DNA of 64,000 nucleotides from Bacteroidales bacterium (GCA_031551395.1 JAVBNR010000006.1:25554-89553), one strand, 5' to 3'. Numbered from the stretch's first letter, positions 9,402-17,582 are shown. A program made the numbers and translations. The notes: generated by a model not told the origin, from the sequence alone.

Positions 9402-11222
9402 ATGGATACATTAAGAGTAAAATGGCTGAAATATTTAGCCTTGATGCTGGTGGCAGGATTGGCATTGCCGGCATGTAATGACGAAGAAGACTCACGGCCG
9501 TATGAAGATGCGATGATTGTTGCAGCTTATGTAAACGGTACGATGGTGTCGTCCAATAATTTGTCATCAAATCCGACCCAGACTACAATTACGTTGGCTC
9601 CTGGAACCGATTTGACCCATCTGAAGATAAAACTGACTACGATCAACGGAGACCTGGTCGATTTTCCGACAGATGTGGAGACAAACTATACAGAGCCGAT
9701 GGATGTTAAAATCAGAAGCTACAACGGAGGAGATGTAACAGTCAAATTCCATGTTGTTTCAAAACCTTTATTGGTTGATTTCTATATCGAAGGAGTGAAT
9801 GTACCGAAAGAAAATGTACATTTCGGAGAATCTACAATTATCGCTCAGGTACCTACAGGGACAAACCTGACGGCTTTGAAAGTAACAATGGGATTCAAAA
9901 ACGGGGAGCTCTCCGGTTTTACGAACGGCGTGGCTATGAATTATACAAATCCGGTGTCTTTCAATGTTATCGGAGTTGATGGAACTGTATACCCTTATAA
10001 GTTGATGATTACAGATCAGGTAGTCGGCCCGGCAAGTATTCAGAACGTGAAAGCTAATGATGCTGAATCCGTTAGTGTTACGGTCGATGCAAGTGGAAAT
10101 ACGCAAGTATATTATAAGACATTAACGAACTTTGCCAGCGCTGCGCTTACCATCCAAACCGGATTCGGAAATGAATTTGTGGGTTTCACTAATGGTAGTG
10201 TTGTGAATTTGTGGGCTTCTCCAAAAGTTAAGATTATGGGTACGGATGGCGTTGTAAAAGAATTTACATTCCTGCCTCCTAAATTACAACCGGTAGAAGC
10301 ATTCAGGAAGTCGCCTGCAGACATGGGTTTCGGAGCTGATGGAGGTGCATCTCTCTGTTTTAGTGGAAACTATATCGTTGCTTCGACTCATAACGGAACA
10401 CCGGGTATTCATTATTATGATGCAACCGGAACTAAAGTGGGGACAATGAAATTACCTGCCGGTGTGGATATGGGTAATGCGGTTACCGGATTGCGTAAAA
10501 TAGCATCGGATGATAAAGGCGCTGTTATCGGAGTGAACCTGGCGGCCGGAGGAAGCGTGTCTACTTCATATAATATTTATAAATGGAATAATGTAACGGA
10601 TCAGAATCCGACAATTCTTTGTAGCTTTACAGCTTCAGAACTGGGATTGACGGCAACACGGACTAATGGTGTCAACGTACAGGGAAGTCTGGATGGAAAT
10701 GCCGTGGTTACTGTTCCGATCACAGCCAGTAAAGTGGTTTTGAAATGGACGATTCAGAACGGGACATTGGTAAATGCAAAACCAGAAACTGTCAGTCTTG
10801 AAAATGAAAGTAACTTTGGTAACTATTCGGCCGTAGAACAATACCCGGGTAAAGCAACAACATTCGTTGGAGCGCTTGCTACAGCAAACTTCAGCGGACT
10901 TCGTTCTTATTTAGGTTCTGCTCCGGCGGTCAGTGTTGCCGGATCGACTACCGACCTTCGTATGAAGACAGTAGACGGACGGGTATATCTGGCTCACACA
11001 GTCTGGAATCAGGGAGCTGCCAAACATGTTTTCTGCTTCAGGGATGTGACGGATAATAATGATGCCGCATATAAATTCAATATGATGTGGGATGACGCTT
11101 TCATGGCGACTGCTTCAAACGGAAATGCAACCAATGATGCCGATTTCGGCTCTATCAATGGGAAGTTATATGTTGCATTCCTGGGTACTAATGGCGGTGT
11201 TGTGTGCTATATTTTACATTAA
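9402..11222 (+). CDS. Surface lipoprotein with about three Ig-like repeats (DUF5018-like) and a beta-rich C-terminal domain; probable surface glycan-binding protein
   Basis: Lipobox LPAC-NDEED; internal repeats APGTDLTHLKIK / PTGTNLTALKVT and NYTEPMDVKI / NYTNPVSFNV; position inside the PUL. Confidence 0.65.
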   Translation: MDTLRVKWLKYLALMLVAGLALPACNDEEDSRPYEDAMIVAAYVNGTMVSSNNLSSNPTQTTITLAPGTDLTHLKIKLTTINGDLVDFPTDVETNYTEPMDVKIRSYNGGDVTVKFHVVSKPLLVDFYIEGVNVPKENVHFGESTIIAQVPTGTNLTALKVTMGFKNGELSGFTNGVAMNYTNPVSFNVIGVDGTVYPYKLMITDQVVGPASIQNVKANDAESVSVTVDASGNTQVYYKTLTNFASAALTIQTGFGNEFVGFTNGSVVNLWASPKVKIMGTDGVVKEFTFLPPKLQPVEAFRKSPADMGFGADGGASLCFSGNYIVASTHNGTPGIHYYDATGTKVGTMKLPAGVDMGNAVTGLRKIASDDKGAVIGVNLAAGGSVSTSYNIYKWNNVTDQNPTILCSFTASELGLTATRTNGVNVQGSLDGNAVVTVPITASKVVLKWTIQNGTLVNAKPETVSLENESNFGNYSAVEQYPGKATTFVGALATANFSGLRSYLGSAPAVSVAGSTTDLRMKTVDGRVYLAHTVWNQGAAKHVFCFRDVTDNNDAAYKFNMMWDDAFMATASNGNATNDADFGSINGKLYVAFLGTNGGVVCYILH

Positions 11223-11234
11223 ATAAATGAACCG

Positions 11235-11270
11235 TAGGCGAGTAGATTGTCTGCTCGCCTATCTGTTTTT
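11235..11270 (+). terminator. Intra-PUL hairpin with T-rich tail
   Basis: 12-bp stem TAGGCGAGTAGA / TCTGCTCGCCTA (one G-U), 3-nt loop, then TCTGTTTTT. Confidence 0.65.
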
Positions 11271-11286
11271 AAGGAAAGAACTTCAT

Positions 11287-12483
11287 ATGAAGAAAATAAT
11301 ACTATTACTATTGTGTATTTCGAATTTCTTTTTAGCCTGCTCGGATGATAAACCGAATCAGGGAAAAGAAGTTCCGGGACCTGAAGAAACACCTGTCCGG
11401 GCGGTTTGGATTCCTGACCCTTCTCATACAACCTGTATGCATACTTATCAAAATGTGCTGAATACCGTCAATTTGTTGGATGAACTACATATCAACACCG
11501 TGTATTTATGTGCCTGGGCAAGAACCCGAACGATTTATAAAAGTCCGGTGCTGGTAGCCAATTCGACCTATAAAAGTGCGGATGAAGGATATTTGTTTAA
11601 AGATTATATGGCAGCATATCATTCTCCGGCAGCAAGTCCGACAGGAGATCCGGTCAAAGACCTGATTGCCGAAGCGCATAAAAAAAATATCAAAGTCATT
11701 TTCTGGTTTGAATACGGATTTATGGCATCTACCGGAGTAACTCCGTCTTCTAATCCCCTCCTGGCTAAAAATCCGGATTGGATGAGTAAAAACACGAACG
11801 GAACCCAAGCCAATTACAATGGTACAGATTATTATTTCAATGCTTATGATCCTAAAGTACAGAATTTTATGCTTTCGTTAATCGAAGAATCCATGACATT
11901 ATACCCGGAAATTGACGGGATTCAGGGCGATGATCGGATGCCGGCCATGCCACGTAATTCAGGATATGACGATTATACCGTGAATCGTTATAAAGCAGAG
12001 CATAATAATGTGGCTCCAACGACAGATTACAATAATACCGAATGGGTTCAATGGCGATTGAATATTCTCAATGAATTTGGCAAGACATTATACCAGAGAG
12101 TTAAAGCAAAAAAATCGACAGCATTGATGTGTTTCTCTCCGAATCCTTATCCGTGGTGCGAGCAAAATCTGATGCAAAATTGGCCTCAGTGGATTGCAAA
12201 CGGGATTGTCGACGTATTATCTGTTCAATGCTACAGAAACTCGATTGAAGCTTACAAATCTACACTTTATGAGGCGAGAAGCTATTGTAAAGCGAAAACT
12301 TCCAAACGTATTCTTAATCCGGGAATTATCTTGAAAAACGGAAGTGCGATCATGTCTCCGGAGCTCTTGAGACAACAATTGGAAGCCAATAAGGAAATCT
12401 ATACTAACGGAGAAGCTTTTTTCTTTATAGATGGCCTTTATGATAAAAATGTGCAGGAAGTATTGAAATCGTTTTACAAATAA
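11287..12483 (+). CDS. GHL10/DUF187-like putative glycoside hydrolase, lipoprotein
   Basis: Start moved from 11227 to ATG 11287 (MKKIILLLLCISNFFLAC-SDD lipobox); RAVWI, WFEYGF and DGIQGDDR motifs. Confidence 0.75.
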   Translation: MKKIILLLLCISNFFLACSDDKPNQGKEVPGPEETPVRAVWIPDPSHTTCMHTYQNVLNTVNLLDELHINTVYLCAWARTRTIYKSPVLVANSTYKSADEGYLFKDYMAAYHSPAASPTGDPVKDLIAEAHKKNIKVIFWFEYGFMASTGVTPSSNPLLAKNPDWMSKNTNGTQANYNGTDYYFNAYDPKVQNFMLSLIEESMTLYPEIDGIQGDDRMPAMPRNSGYDDYTVNRYKAEHNNVAPTTDYNNTEWVQWRLNILNEFGKTLYQRVKAKKSTALMCFSPNPYPWCEQNLMQNWPQWIANGIVDVLSVQCYRNSIEAYKSTLYEARSYCKAKTSKRILNPGIILKNGSAIMSPELLRQQLEANKEIYTNGEAFFFIDGLYDKNVQEVLKSFYK

Positions 12484-12520
12484 TATAGAAAGAAATATTG
12501 TTGTGTCCTATTAAAAAAGA

Positions 12521-13630
12521 ATGATCATGGAAAACAAAAACAGAAGAGATTTTCTCAGACAGGTATCAATTGCCGGAGCCGCTGTTGCTGCGACTTCTCT
12601 GATCCCTTCATGTGCAAATAAACCGGAAAATGAGAATAAAACAGCAGGCGCTTCGACTCTGGATGTTCAAAGTAAACTGATTGTCCCACCTGCCAAAGGA
12701 TTAAAAATATCCGGAACTTTTCTGGATGAAATTTCCCATGATATTCCCCATCAAAACTGGGGAGAAAAAGAATGGGATCAGGATTTTGCCTATATGAAAG
12801 CAATAGGCATCGATACTGTCATTATGATTCGCTCCGGGTACCGTAAGTTCATTACGTATCCTTCGGAGTATCTGATGAAAAAACACGGTTGTTACATGCC
12901 TTCCGTAGACCTGTTGGATATGTTCTTGCGTCTGGCTGAAAAACACGGGCTTCAATTTTATTTCGGACTGTATGACTCCGGGAAATACTGGGATACAGGC
13001 GATTTAACCTGGGAAATTGAAGATAATAAATACGTTATTGATGAAGTTTGGAAAAAATACGGACATCACAAAAGCTTTGGCGGATGGTATATCAGCGGAG
13101 AAATCAGTCGCAAAACGAAAGGTGCTATCCATGCTTTCCGTGCGATGGGACAACAATGTAAAGATGTTTCCAACGGTTTGCCGACTTTCATATCTCCCTG
13201 GATCGACGGGAAGAAAGCTGTCATGGCTTCGACCGGACAGCTCAGCAAAAGAGATGCGGTTTCCATTCAGGAGCATGAAAAAGAATGGGGGGAGATCTTT
13301 GACGGGATCAAAGGGGCTGTAGACGCCTGCGCTTTTCAGGACGGCCATATCGATTATGACGAATTGGATGCGTTTTTTGAAGTGAATAAGAAAATGGCCG
13401 ATCAATATGGGATGCAATGCTGGACAAATGCCGAATCGTTCGACCGGGATATGCCGATCAAATTTTTTCCGATCAAATTCGATAAATTACGAATGAAATT
13501 AGAAGCTGCCGCTCGTGCCGGGTATGACAAAGCAATAACATTCGAGTTCTCCCATTTCATGAGTCCTCAGTCGGCTTACATGCAGGCAGGACACTTGTAT
13601 GACCGTTACAGAGAATATTTCCGGATATAA
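12521..13630 (+). CDS. DUF4434-family TIM-barrel putative glycosidase with a twin-arginine signal
   Basis: RRDFLRQ Tat motif followed by LIPSC; TFLDEISHDIPHQNW, GWYISGE, FQDG and WTNAESF motifs. Confidence 0.75.
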   Translation: MIMENKNRRDFLRQVSIAGAAVAATSLIPSCANKPENENKTAGASTLDVQSKLIVPPAKGLKISGTFLDEISHDIPHQNWGEKEWDQDFAYMKAIGIDTVIMIRSGYRKFITYPSEYLMKKHGCYMPSVDLLDMFLRLAEKHGLQFYFGLYDSGKYWDTGDLTWEIEDNKYVIDEVWKKYGHHKSFGGWYISGEISRKTKGAIHAFRAMGQQCKDVSNGLPTFISPWIDGKKAVMASTGQLSKRDAVSIQEHEKEWGEIFDGIKGAVDACAFQDGHIDYDELDAFFEVNKKMADQYGMQCWTNAESFDRDMPIKFFPIKFDKLRMKLEAAARAGYDKAITFEFSHFMSPQSAYMQAGHLYDRYREYFRI

Positions 13631-13659
13631 TCAAATAATCAACGCTAGACGAACAGATA

Positions 13660-15075
13660 ATGAAAAATACAGAAAATATTCAATATGCTTTTTTCCTCAC
13701 AATCATAGCCGCTTTGGGAGGATTTTTATTCGGTTACGATGCTGCCGTTATCTCGGGTACGACCGAAGATGTTAAAGCGTTTTATCATTTAACCGATATC
13801 CAGCAAGGTTGGTACGTCGGATGTGCTATTTTAGGTTCTATTATCGGTGTTTTGCTTGCGGGAAAATTAAGTGACCTTTGGGGTCGCAGGCCTGTGATGA
13901 TGTTCGCGGCGATCCTGTTTTTCGCTTCAGGAATCGGTTGTGCTTTTTATTCCACATTCGACCAGTTGGTCCTTTATAGGATTGTCGGAGGAGTCGGAAT
14001 CGGAGTCGCTTCCATCACGGCACCATTGTACATTTCCGAAATATCGATTCCTCGTTATCGGGGACGGATGGTTTCTTGCTATCAGTTGGCTATAACGATA
14101 GGAATATTAGGATCATATCTGGCCAATTCTGCCATTTTGAAATGGTCTCAGTCTGTCGTTTATGATTCCGGATTTTTAAAATTAATCATTAATGATCAGG
14201 TTTGGAGGGGAATGTTGGGTATGGAGGCTCTTCCGGCTTTTTTGTTTATGATTGTTTTATTTTTCATCCCGGAAAGTCCTCGTTGGCTGGTTGTGAAAAA
14301 TAAAGATGATTCTGCTTTGAAAATATTGAAGAAAATTTTTCCGCCGGATAAAGCTCGTTCGGAAATTGCAGAGATACACGATATTATCAATAAAGAAGAA
14401 AAATCAGATTGGCGCTTATTGCTCAAACCGGGCTTTCGCACCGCTTTGATTATTGGCGTTTGCCTGGCTATTTTAGGGCAGTTCATGGGAGTAAACGCTG
14501 TTTTTTATTACGGCCCTAAATTTTTGGGAGAAGCGGGTCTGGGTAAGACGGCTTCGCTGGATCTACAGGTTTGGGTCGGTCTGGTCAATGTCCTTTCTAC
14601 AATTTTAGCGATGTTTGTGATTGACCGGATCGGAAGGAAAAAACTCATTTATATCGGTGTCTCCGGAATGGTAATACTCCTGTTTTGTATCGGGTTGTTT
14701 TTTTATGGAGTATCTGCCGGAATGGCCATCTCTACCTGGGTATTGTTTGGCTTGATACTGGGTTATGTCTTTAGTAGCGCCATTTCCATCAGTGCTGTTA
14801 TTTTTGTCCTTCTATCAGAAATGTATCCTGTTAAAGTCCGTGGATCGGCAATGTCCATAGCCGGATTTTCTTTGTGGGTGGGTACCTACCTGATCGGACA
14901 ACTGACTCCCTGGCTGACTACGCGCTTGGCCGCTTCTGGTGTCTTTTGGTTGTTTGGAGTCATGTGTATCCCTTATTTATTGATTACTTATTTTCTGGTT
15001 CCCGAAACAACCGGGAAATCTTTGGAAGAAATCGAACGGATGTGGGAAGCGAAAGGGGAGAGAGCTAAGAGTTAA
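13660..15075 (+). CDS. MFS sugar porter (XylE/AraE-like sugar:H+ symporter)
   Basis: GGFLFGYD, D.WGRR, PESPRWL, DRIGRK and PETTGKSLEEIE sugar-porter signatures; about 12 hydrophobic segments. Confidence 0.93.
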   Translation: MKNTENIQYAFFLTIIAALGGFLFGYDAAVISGTTEDVKAFYHLTDIQQGWYVGCAILGSIIGVLLAGKLSDLWGRRPVMMFAAILFFASGIGCAFYSTFDQLVLYRIVGGVGIGVASITAPLYISEISIPRYRGRMVSCYQLAITIGILGSYLANSAILKWSQSVVYDSGFLKLIINDQVWRGMLGMEALPAFLFMIVLFFIPESPRWLVVKNKDDSALKILKKIFPPDKARSEIAEIHDIINKEEKSDWRLLLKPGFRTALIIGVCLAILGQFMGVNAVFYYGPKFLGEAGLGKTASLDLQVWVGLVNVLSTILAMFVIDRIGRKKLIYIGVSGMVILLFCIGLFFYGVSAGMAISTWVLFGLILGYVFSSAISISAVIFVLLSEMYPVKVRGSAMSIAGFSLWVGTYLIGQLTPWLTTRLAASGVFWLFGVMCIPYLLITYFLVPETTGKSLEEIERMWEAKGERAKS

Positions 15076-15096
15076 GAACTAAGAGTTAAAAGCTAA
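15062..15096. repeat. Degenerate 7-bp tandem repeat, 5 copies of consensus GAGYTAA, spanning the MFS stop codon
   Basis: gagctaa gagttaa gaactaa gagttaa aagctaa. Confidence 0.75.
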
Positions 15097-15224
15097 ATTT
15101 ATAAGACCTATTTTAAGCAAGTTTCACTTCGCAAAATACCAACACGCCTGCGTCCAACCATCATTGTCATTTGTGCCAATACACTGACTTCACTGTCCCG
15201 AAAAGTGAAACAAGGAATTATTTT

Positions 15225-15267
15225 AAAAGAAATCAGGCAGCTACTTTTTACCGTAACTGCCTGATTT
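15225..15267 (-). terminator. Intrinsic terminator after tRNA-Met (may also serve the PUL)
   Basis: 11-bp perfect arms AAATCAGGCAG / CTGCCTGATTT, extended by 4 bp on the minus strand, followed by CTTTT. Confidence 0.8.
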
Positions 15268-15273
15268 TCTTTG

Positions 15274-15347
15274 TAGCGCGACCCAGGATTGAACTGGGGA
15301 CCTCATGATTATGAATCATGCGCTCTAACCAGCTGAGCTATCGCGCC
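15274..15347 (-). tRNA. tRNA-Met (CAT), elongator-type; CCA not encoded
   Basis: GGCGCGATAGCTCAGCTGGTTAGAGCG CATGA-TTCATAA-TCATG AGGTCCCCAGTTCAATCCTGGGTCGCGCTA folds as a cloverleaf; no initiator GGG/CCC anticodon stem. An Ile2 (lysidine) identity is not formally excluded. Confidence 0.92.
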
Positions 15348-15363
15348 TCCTTTTTTCGCGATG

Positions 15364-15371
15364 CAAAAGTA
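15364..15371 (-). promoter_or_regulatory. Bacteroidetes primary-sigma -7 box for the tRNA
   Basis: TACTTTTG (TAnnTTTG consensus), 17 bp upstream of the tRNA 5' end. Confidence 0.7.
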
Positions 15372-15546
15372 GAATAATATTTTGGATAATCCAATAGCTG
15401 GGTATAATTTCTGTAAAAAATATTTGTTTTTGATGATTAATTTGTATCTTGTGCAAAATTTGAGTCTTGATGTTGCAGAAATACAGACCTGAATTGGTTT
15501 ATAAGTTAAGTTGAGGTGCGATGTTATTAATTTTGATAGTAATGCT

Positions 15547-15933
15547 ATGATGAAAAAAGAAGAATTTATCATTGAGTATGTTTTCGACAAAGCATCCAAA
15601 AAAAACCTTTGGAACCATTTGGTAACCTCGTCTGGTTTATCCGAATGGTTTGCCGATGAAGTGATTGCCAGAGGCAATACCTATGAATTTATATGGAATA
15701 AGCAGATGCTTGAAGCAGAACGTCTTTCGATGGTCCCTGATACATCTGTCAGATTTCAATGGATTGGAGAAGATGACCCGCAGGTTTATTTTGGTTTCAG
15801 GCTGCACACGAATGAGTTGACCGGGGCGTTAATGCTTGAGATTACTGATTTTGCCGACCCGGAAGAGAAAGACGCTGCCGTTTCACTGTGGGATTCACAA
15901 GTGAAAGTTTTGAAAAGGAGGCTTGGGCTATAA
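15547..15933 (+). CDS. START-like/SRPBCC domain protein
   Basis: Start moved to ATG 15547; LW..L.T.SGLSEWFAD and LEITDFAD motifs. Confidence 0.8.
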   Translation: MMKKEEFIIEYVFDKASKKNLWNHLVTSSGLSEWFADEVIARGNTYEFIWNKQMLEAERLSMVPDTSVRFQWIGEDDPQVYFGFRLHTNELTGALMLEITDFADPEEKDAAVSLWDSQVKVLKRRLGL

Positions 15934-15965
15934 AAAAAAGACGGCGGGACTCACGTCCAACCGTC
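15932..15965 (-). terminator. Probable terminator between convergent genes
   Basis: Interrupted stem GACGG..GGAC / GTCC..CCGTC with an 8-T tract on the minus strand. Confidence 0.55.
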
Positions 15966-16009
15966 CACCGTTTAATCAAAAAAGTTAGTTTAAAAAAGAA
16001 ATAGTATTG

Positions 16010-16528
16010 TTAGTTTTTATTTACTGAATTTAGCACTTTCAATCCTGAAAGGTTTATTTTATCGGAATATTTCAATAATAATTTCAAATCAATTTTTCCA
16101 CTTAGAGAGATCATATTGAATTCCTGGTTGTTATCCCCTGAAAGCATAACAAGTTCTTTGACTATGCCTTTTTTGGATTCTTTGATCATAACGATCACGT
16201 TTTGATCATTTTCTTTCAATGTAAGCAGAGGCTCAAAGCCTTGTTTTTTCCGCGTCAATATTTCATAAGCCGAATCATAATATTCTTTGTTGAGTGCCGA
16301 ATCATTGGAGGAGATGATTAAAATATTCTCCAATCCTTTGATCGCTTCTGTCAACTCCGGTTCTTCGGATGTCAGTTTTTCCATTTGCTGAAACATTTTT
16401 TTTCCGATAGACACGATCTCCAGGTTGTCATCTTTCCCGTATTTTTCCAGGAATGAATTGGCAACATCTTGCGCTGAAGTTGAGAAGGCAATGAAACAAG
16501 CGAATAATATGAATATTATTTTTTTCAT
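16010..16528 (-). CDS. DUF4252 family exported protein
   Basis: Signal peptide; V.IGKKMF and ISLSGKID motifs; third gene of the ECF operon. Confidence 0.75.
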   Translation of the reverse strand: MKKIIFILFACFIAFSTSAQDVANSFLEKYGKDDNLEIVSIGKKMFQQMEKLTSEEPELTEAIKGLENILIISSNDSALNKEYYDSAYEILTRKKQGFEPLLTLKENDQNVIVMIKESKKGIVKELVMLSGDNNQEFNMISLSGKIDLKLLLKYSDKINLSGLKVLNSVNKN

Positions 16529-17028
16529 TTTTCTGCATTTATTGAGTCTTCTGAATGAGAGGAGATGGAATCTAATTCTAACTCATCAATTGCATCCTGA
16601 GCTTTGGAGAGTGAAGCTGATATTTTACCGAGGGCTGCACGTGTTTCTTTTAAAGCATCTTCAGGATTCGTATATGTTTCAGAAAACTGTTCTTCTAAAA
16701 ATTTTTCTTGTTGATAATGTGTATAAAATCCAATTCCGGCAGAGATGACGATTAAAACAGATGCCGCGACTCTTATGAAAGGATAAAAGCGCAAAATGGG
16801 TTTTTGTGTTTGTCTTATGTCTTCTTTGGCTGCGTTCAGAATCTTTTGAGATAATGCCGGATCTGCTTTCACTTCCCTTTCGTTGTTTTGTAGTAAAAAG
16901 ACAGAACGGTATTTCCTGAATTCAGCAGGAATATCTTCTTGCAGAAACCATTCACGTAGAATTTTCTCTTCTTCAAGAGAGGTTTCGCAATTCCAATATC
17001 GATCCAGTAATTCTTTTATTGATTCCAT
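16525..17028 (-). CDS. Putative membrane-anchored anti-sigma factor
   Basis: N-terminal LLDRYWNCETSLEEEKIL, one TM helix (VAASVLIVISAGIGFY), directly downstream of the ECF sigma. Confidence 0.65.
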   Translation of the reverse strand: MESIKELLDRYWNCETSLEEEKILREWFLQEDIPAEFRKYRSVFLLQNNEREVKADPALSQKILNAAKEDIRQTQKPILRFYPFIRVAASVLIVISAGIGFYTHYQQEKFLEEQFSETYTNPEDALKETRAALGKISASLSKAQDAIDELELDSISSHSEDSINAEK

Positions 17029-17029
17029 T

Positions 17030-17530
17030 TTATTTGTTATCTGCCGATTTAAAATATTCTTTTATTTTTTGTCTGCTTCGGAATAAATTCACTTTGACCT
17101 GTTCTTCGGAAATGTTCATTATTCCTTCAATTTCTTTATAACTGAGCCCTTCGATATCCCGGAGTTGAAAGATGGTGCGCTGTTTCTCATTCAATCGATC
17201 CATCGATTTCCGGAGCAGATTCATTTGTTCGTCCATCTCGAGCGCATCTGTCTGATTCGTGTCCTGAACTTCAAAATACTCTGGGATTCGTTCCAAAGTA
17301 TTGTCTTTCAGGGCAATTTTATCTAGAGCATTATTACGTGTCGCTCGTAGGCAATATCCTTCCAGATTGGTAATGCCTTCCCACTCATTTCTTTTCTGCC
17401 AGACATTAAGCATTGTATCCTGCACGACATCTTCGGCATCTTGCTTATTCCTTGTGATGCTTAAAGCCAGACGGAACAACTTATCTGTGAGCGGCAATAC
17501 TTGATTTTTAAACTGTTTGTCTTGCCTCAT
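17030..17530 (-). CDS. ECF sigma-70 factor
   Basis: 166 aa; region 2 DAEDVVQD and region 4 LRDIEGLSYKEI...VKVNLFRSR. Confidence 0.93.
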   Translation of the reverse strand: MRQDKQFKNQVLPLTDKLFRLALSITRNKQDAEDVVQDTMLNVWQKRNEWEGITNLEGYCLRATRNNALDKIALKDNTLERIPEYFEVQDTNQTDALEMDEQMNLLRKSMDRLNEKQRTIFQLRDIEGLSYKEIEGIMNISEEQVKVNLFRSRQKIKEYFKSADNK

Positions 17531-17543
17531 GATTTATTAGAAT

Positions 17544-17569
17544 GACGGTTTGCTTTTAATAATGTTACA
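17544..17569 (-). promoter_or_regulatory. ECF-type promoter upstream of the ECF sigma gene (probably autoregulatory)
   Basis: TGTAAC-N16-CGTC on the minus strand, ending 14 bp before the ATG. Confidence 0.6.
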
Positions 17570-17582
17570 TCCAAATTCTAAA

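Noticed and set aside
11227-11286. N-terminal extension of the third GHL10 ORF given by the track
   Set aside because: It spans the hairpin and would displace the signal peptide; ATG 11287 gives a proper lipoprotein signal. The same logic was used to trim other track starts.
15309-15677. 122-aa minus-strand ORF ending in GGAIAQLVRAHDS
   Set aside because: Its C-terminus is just the translated tRNA sequence and the rest overlaps the START-like gene
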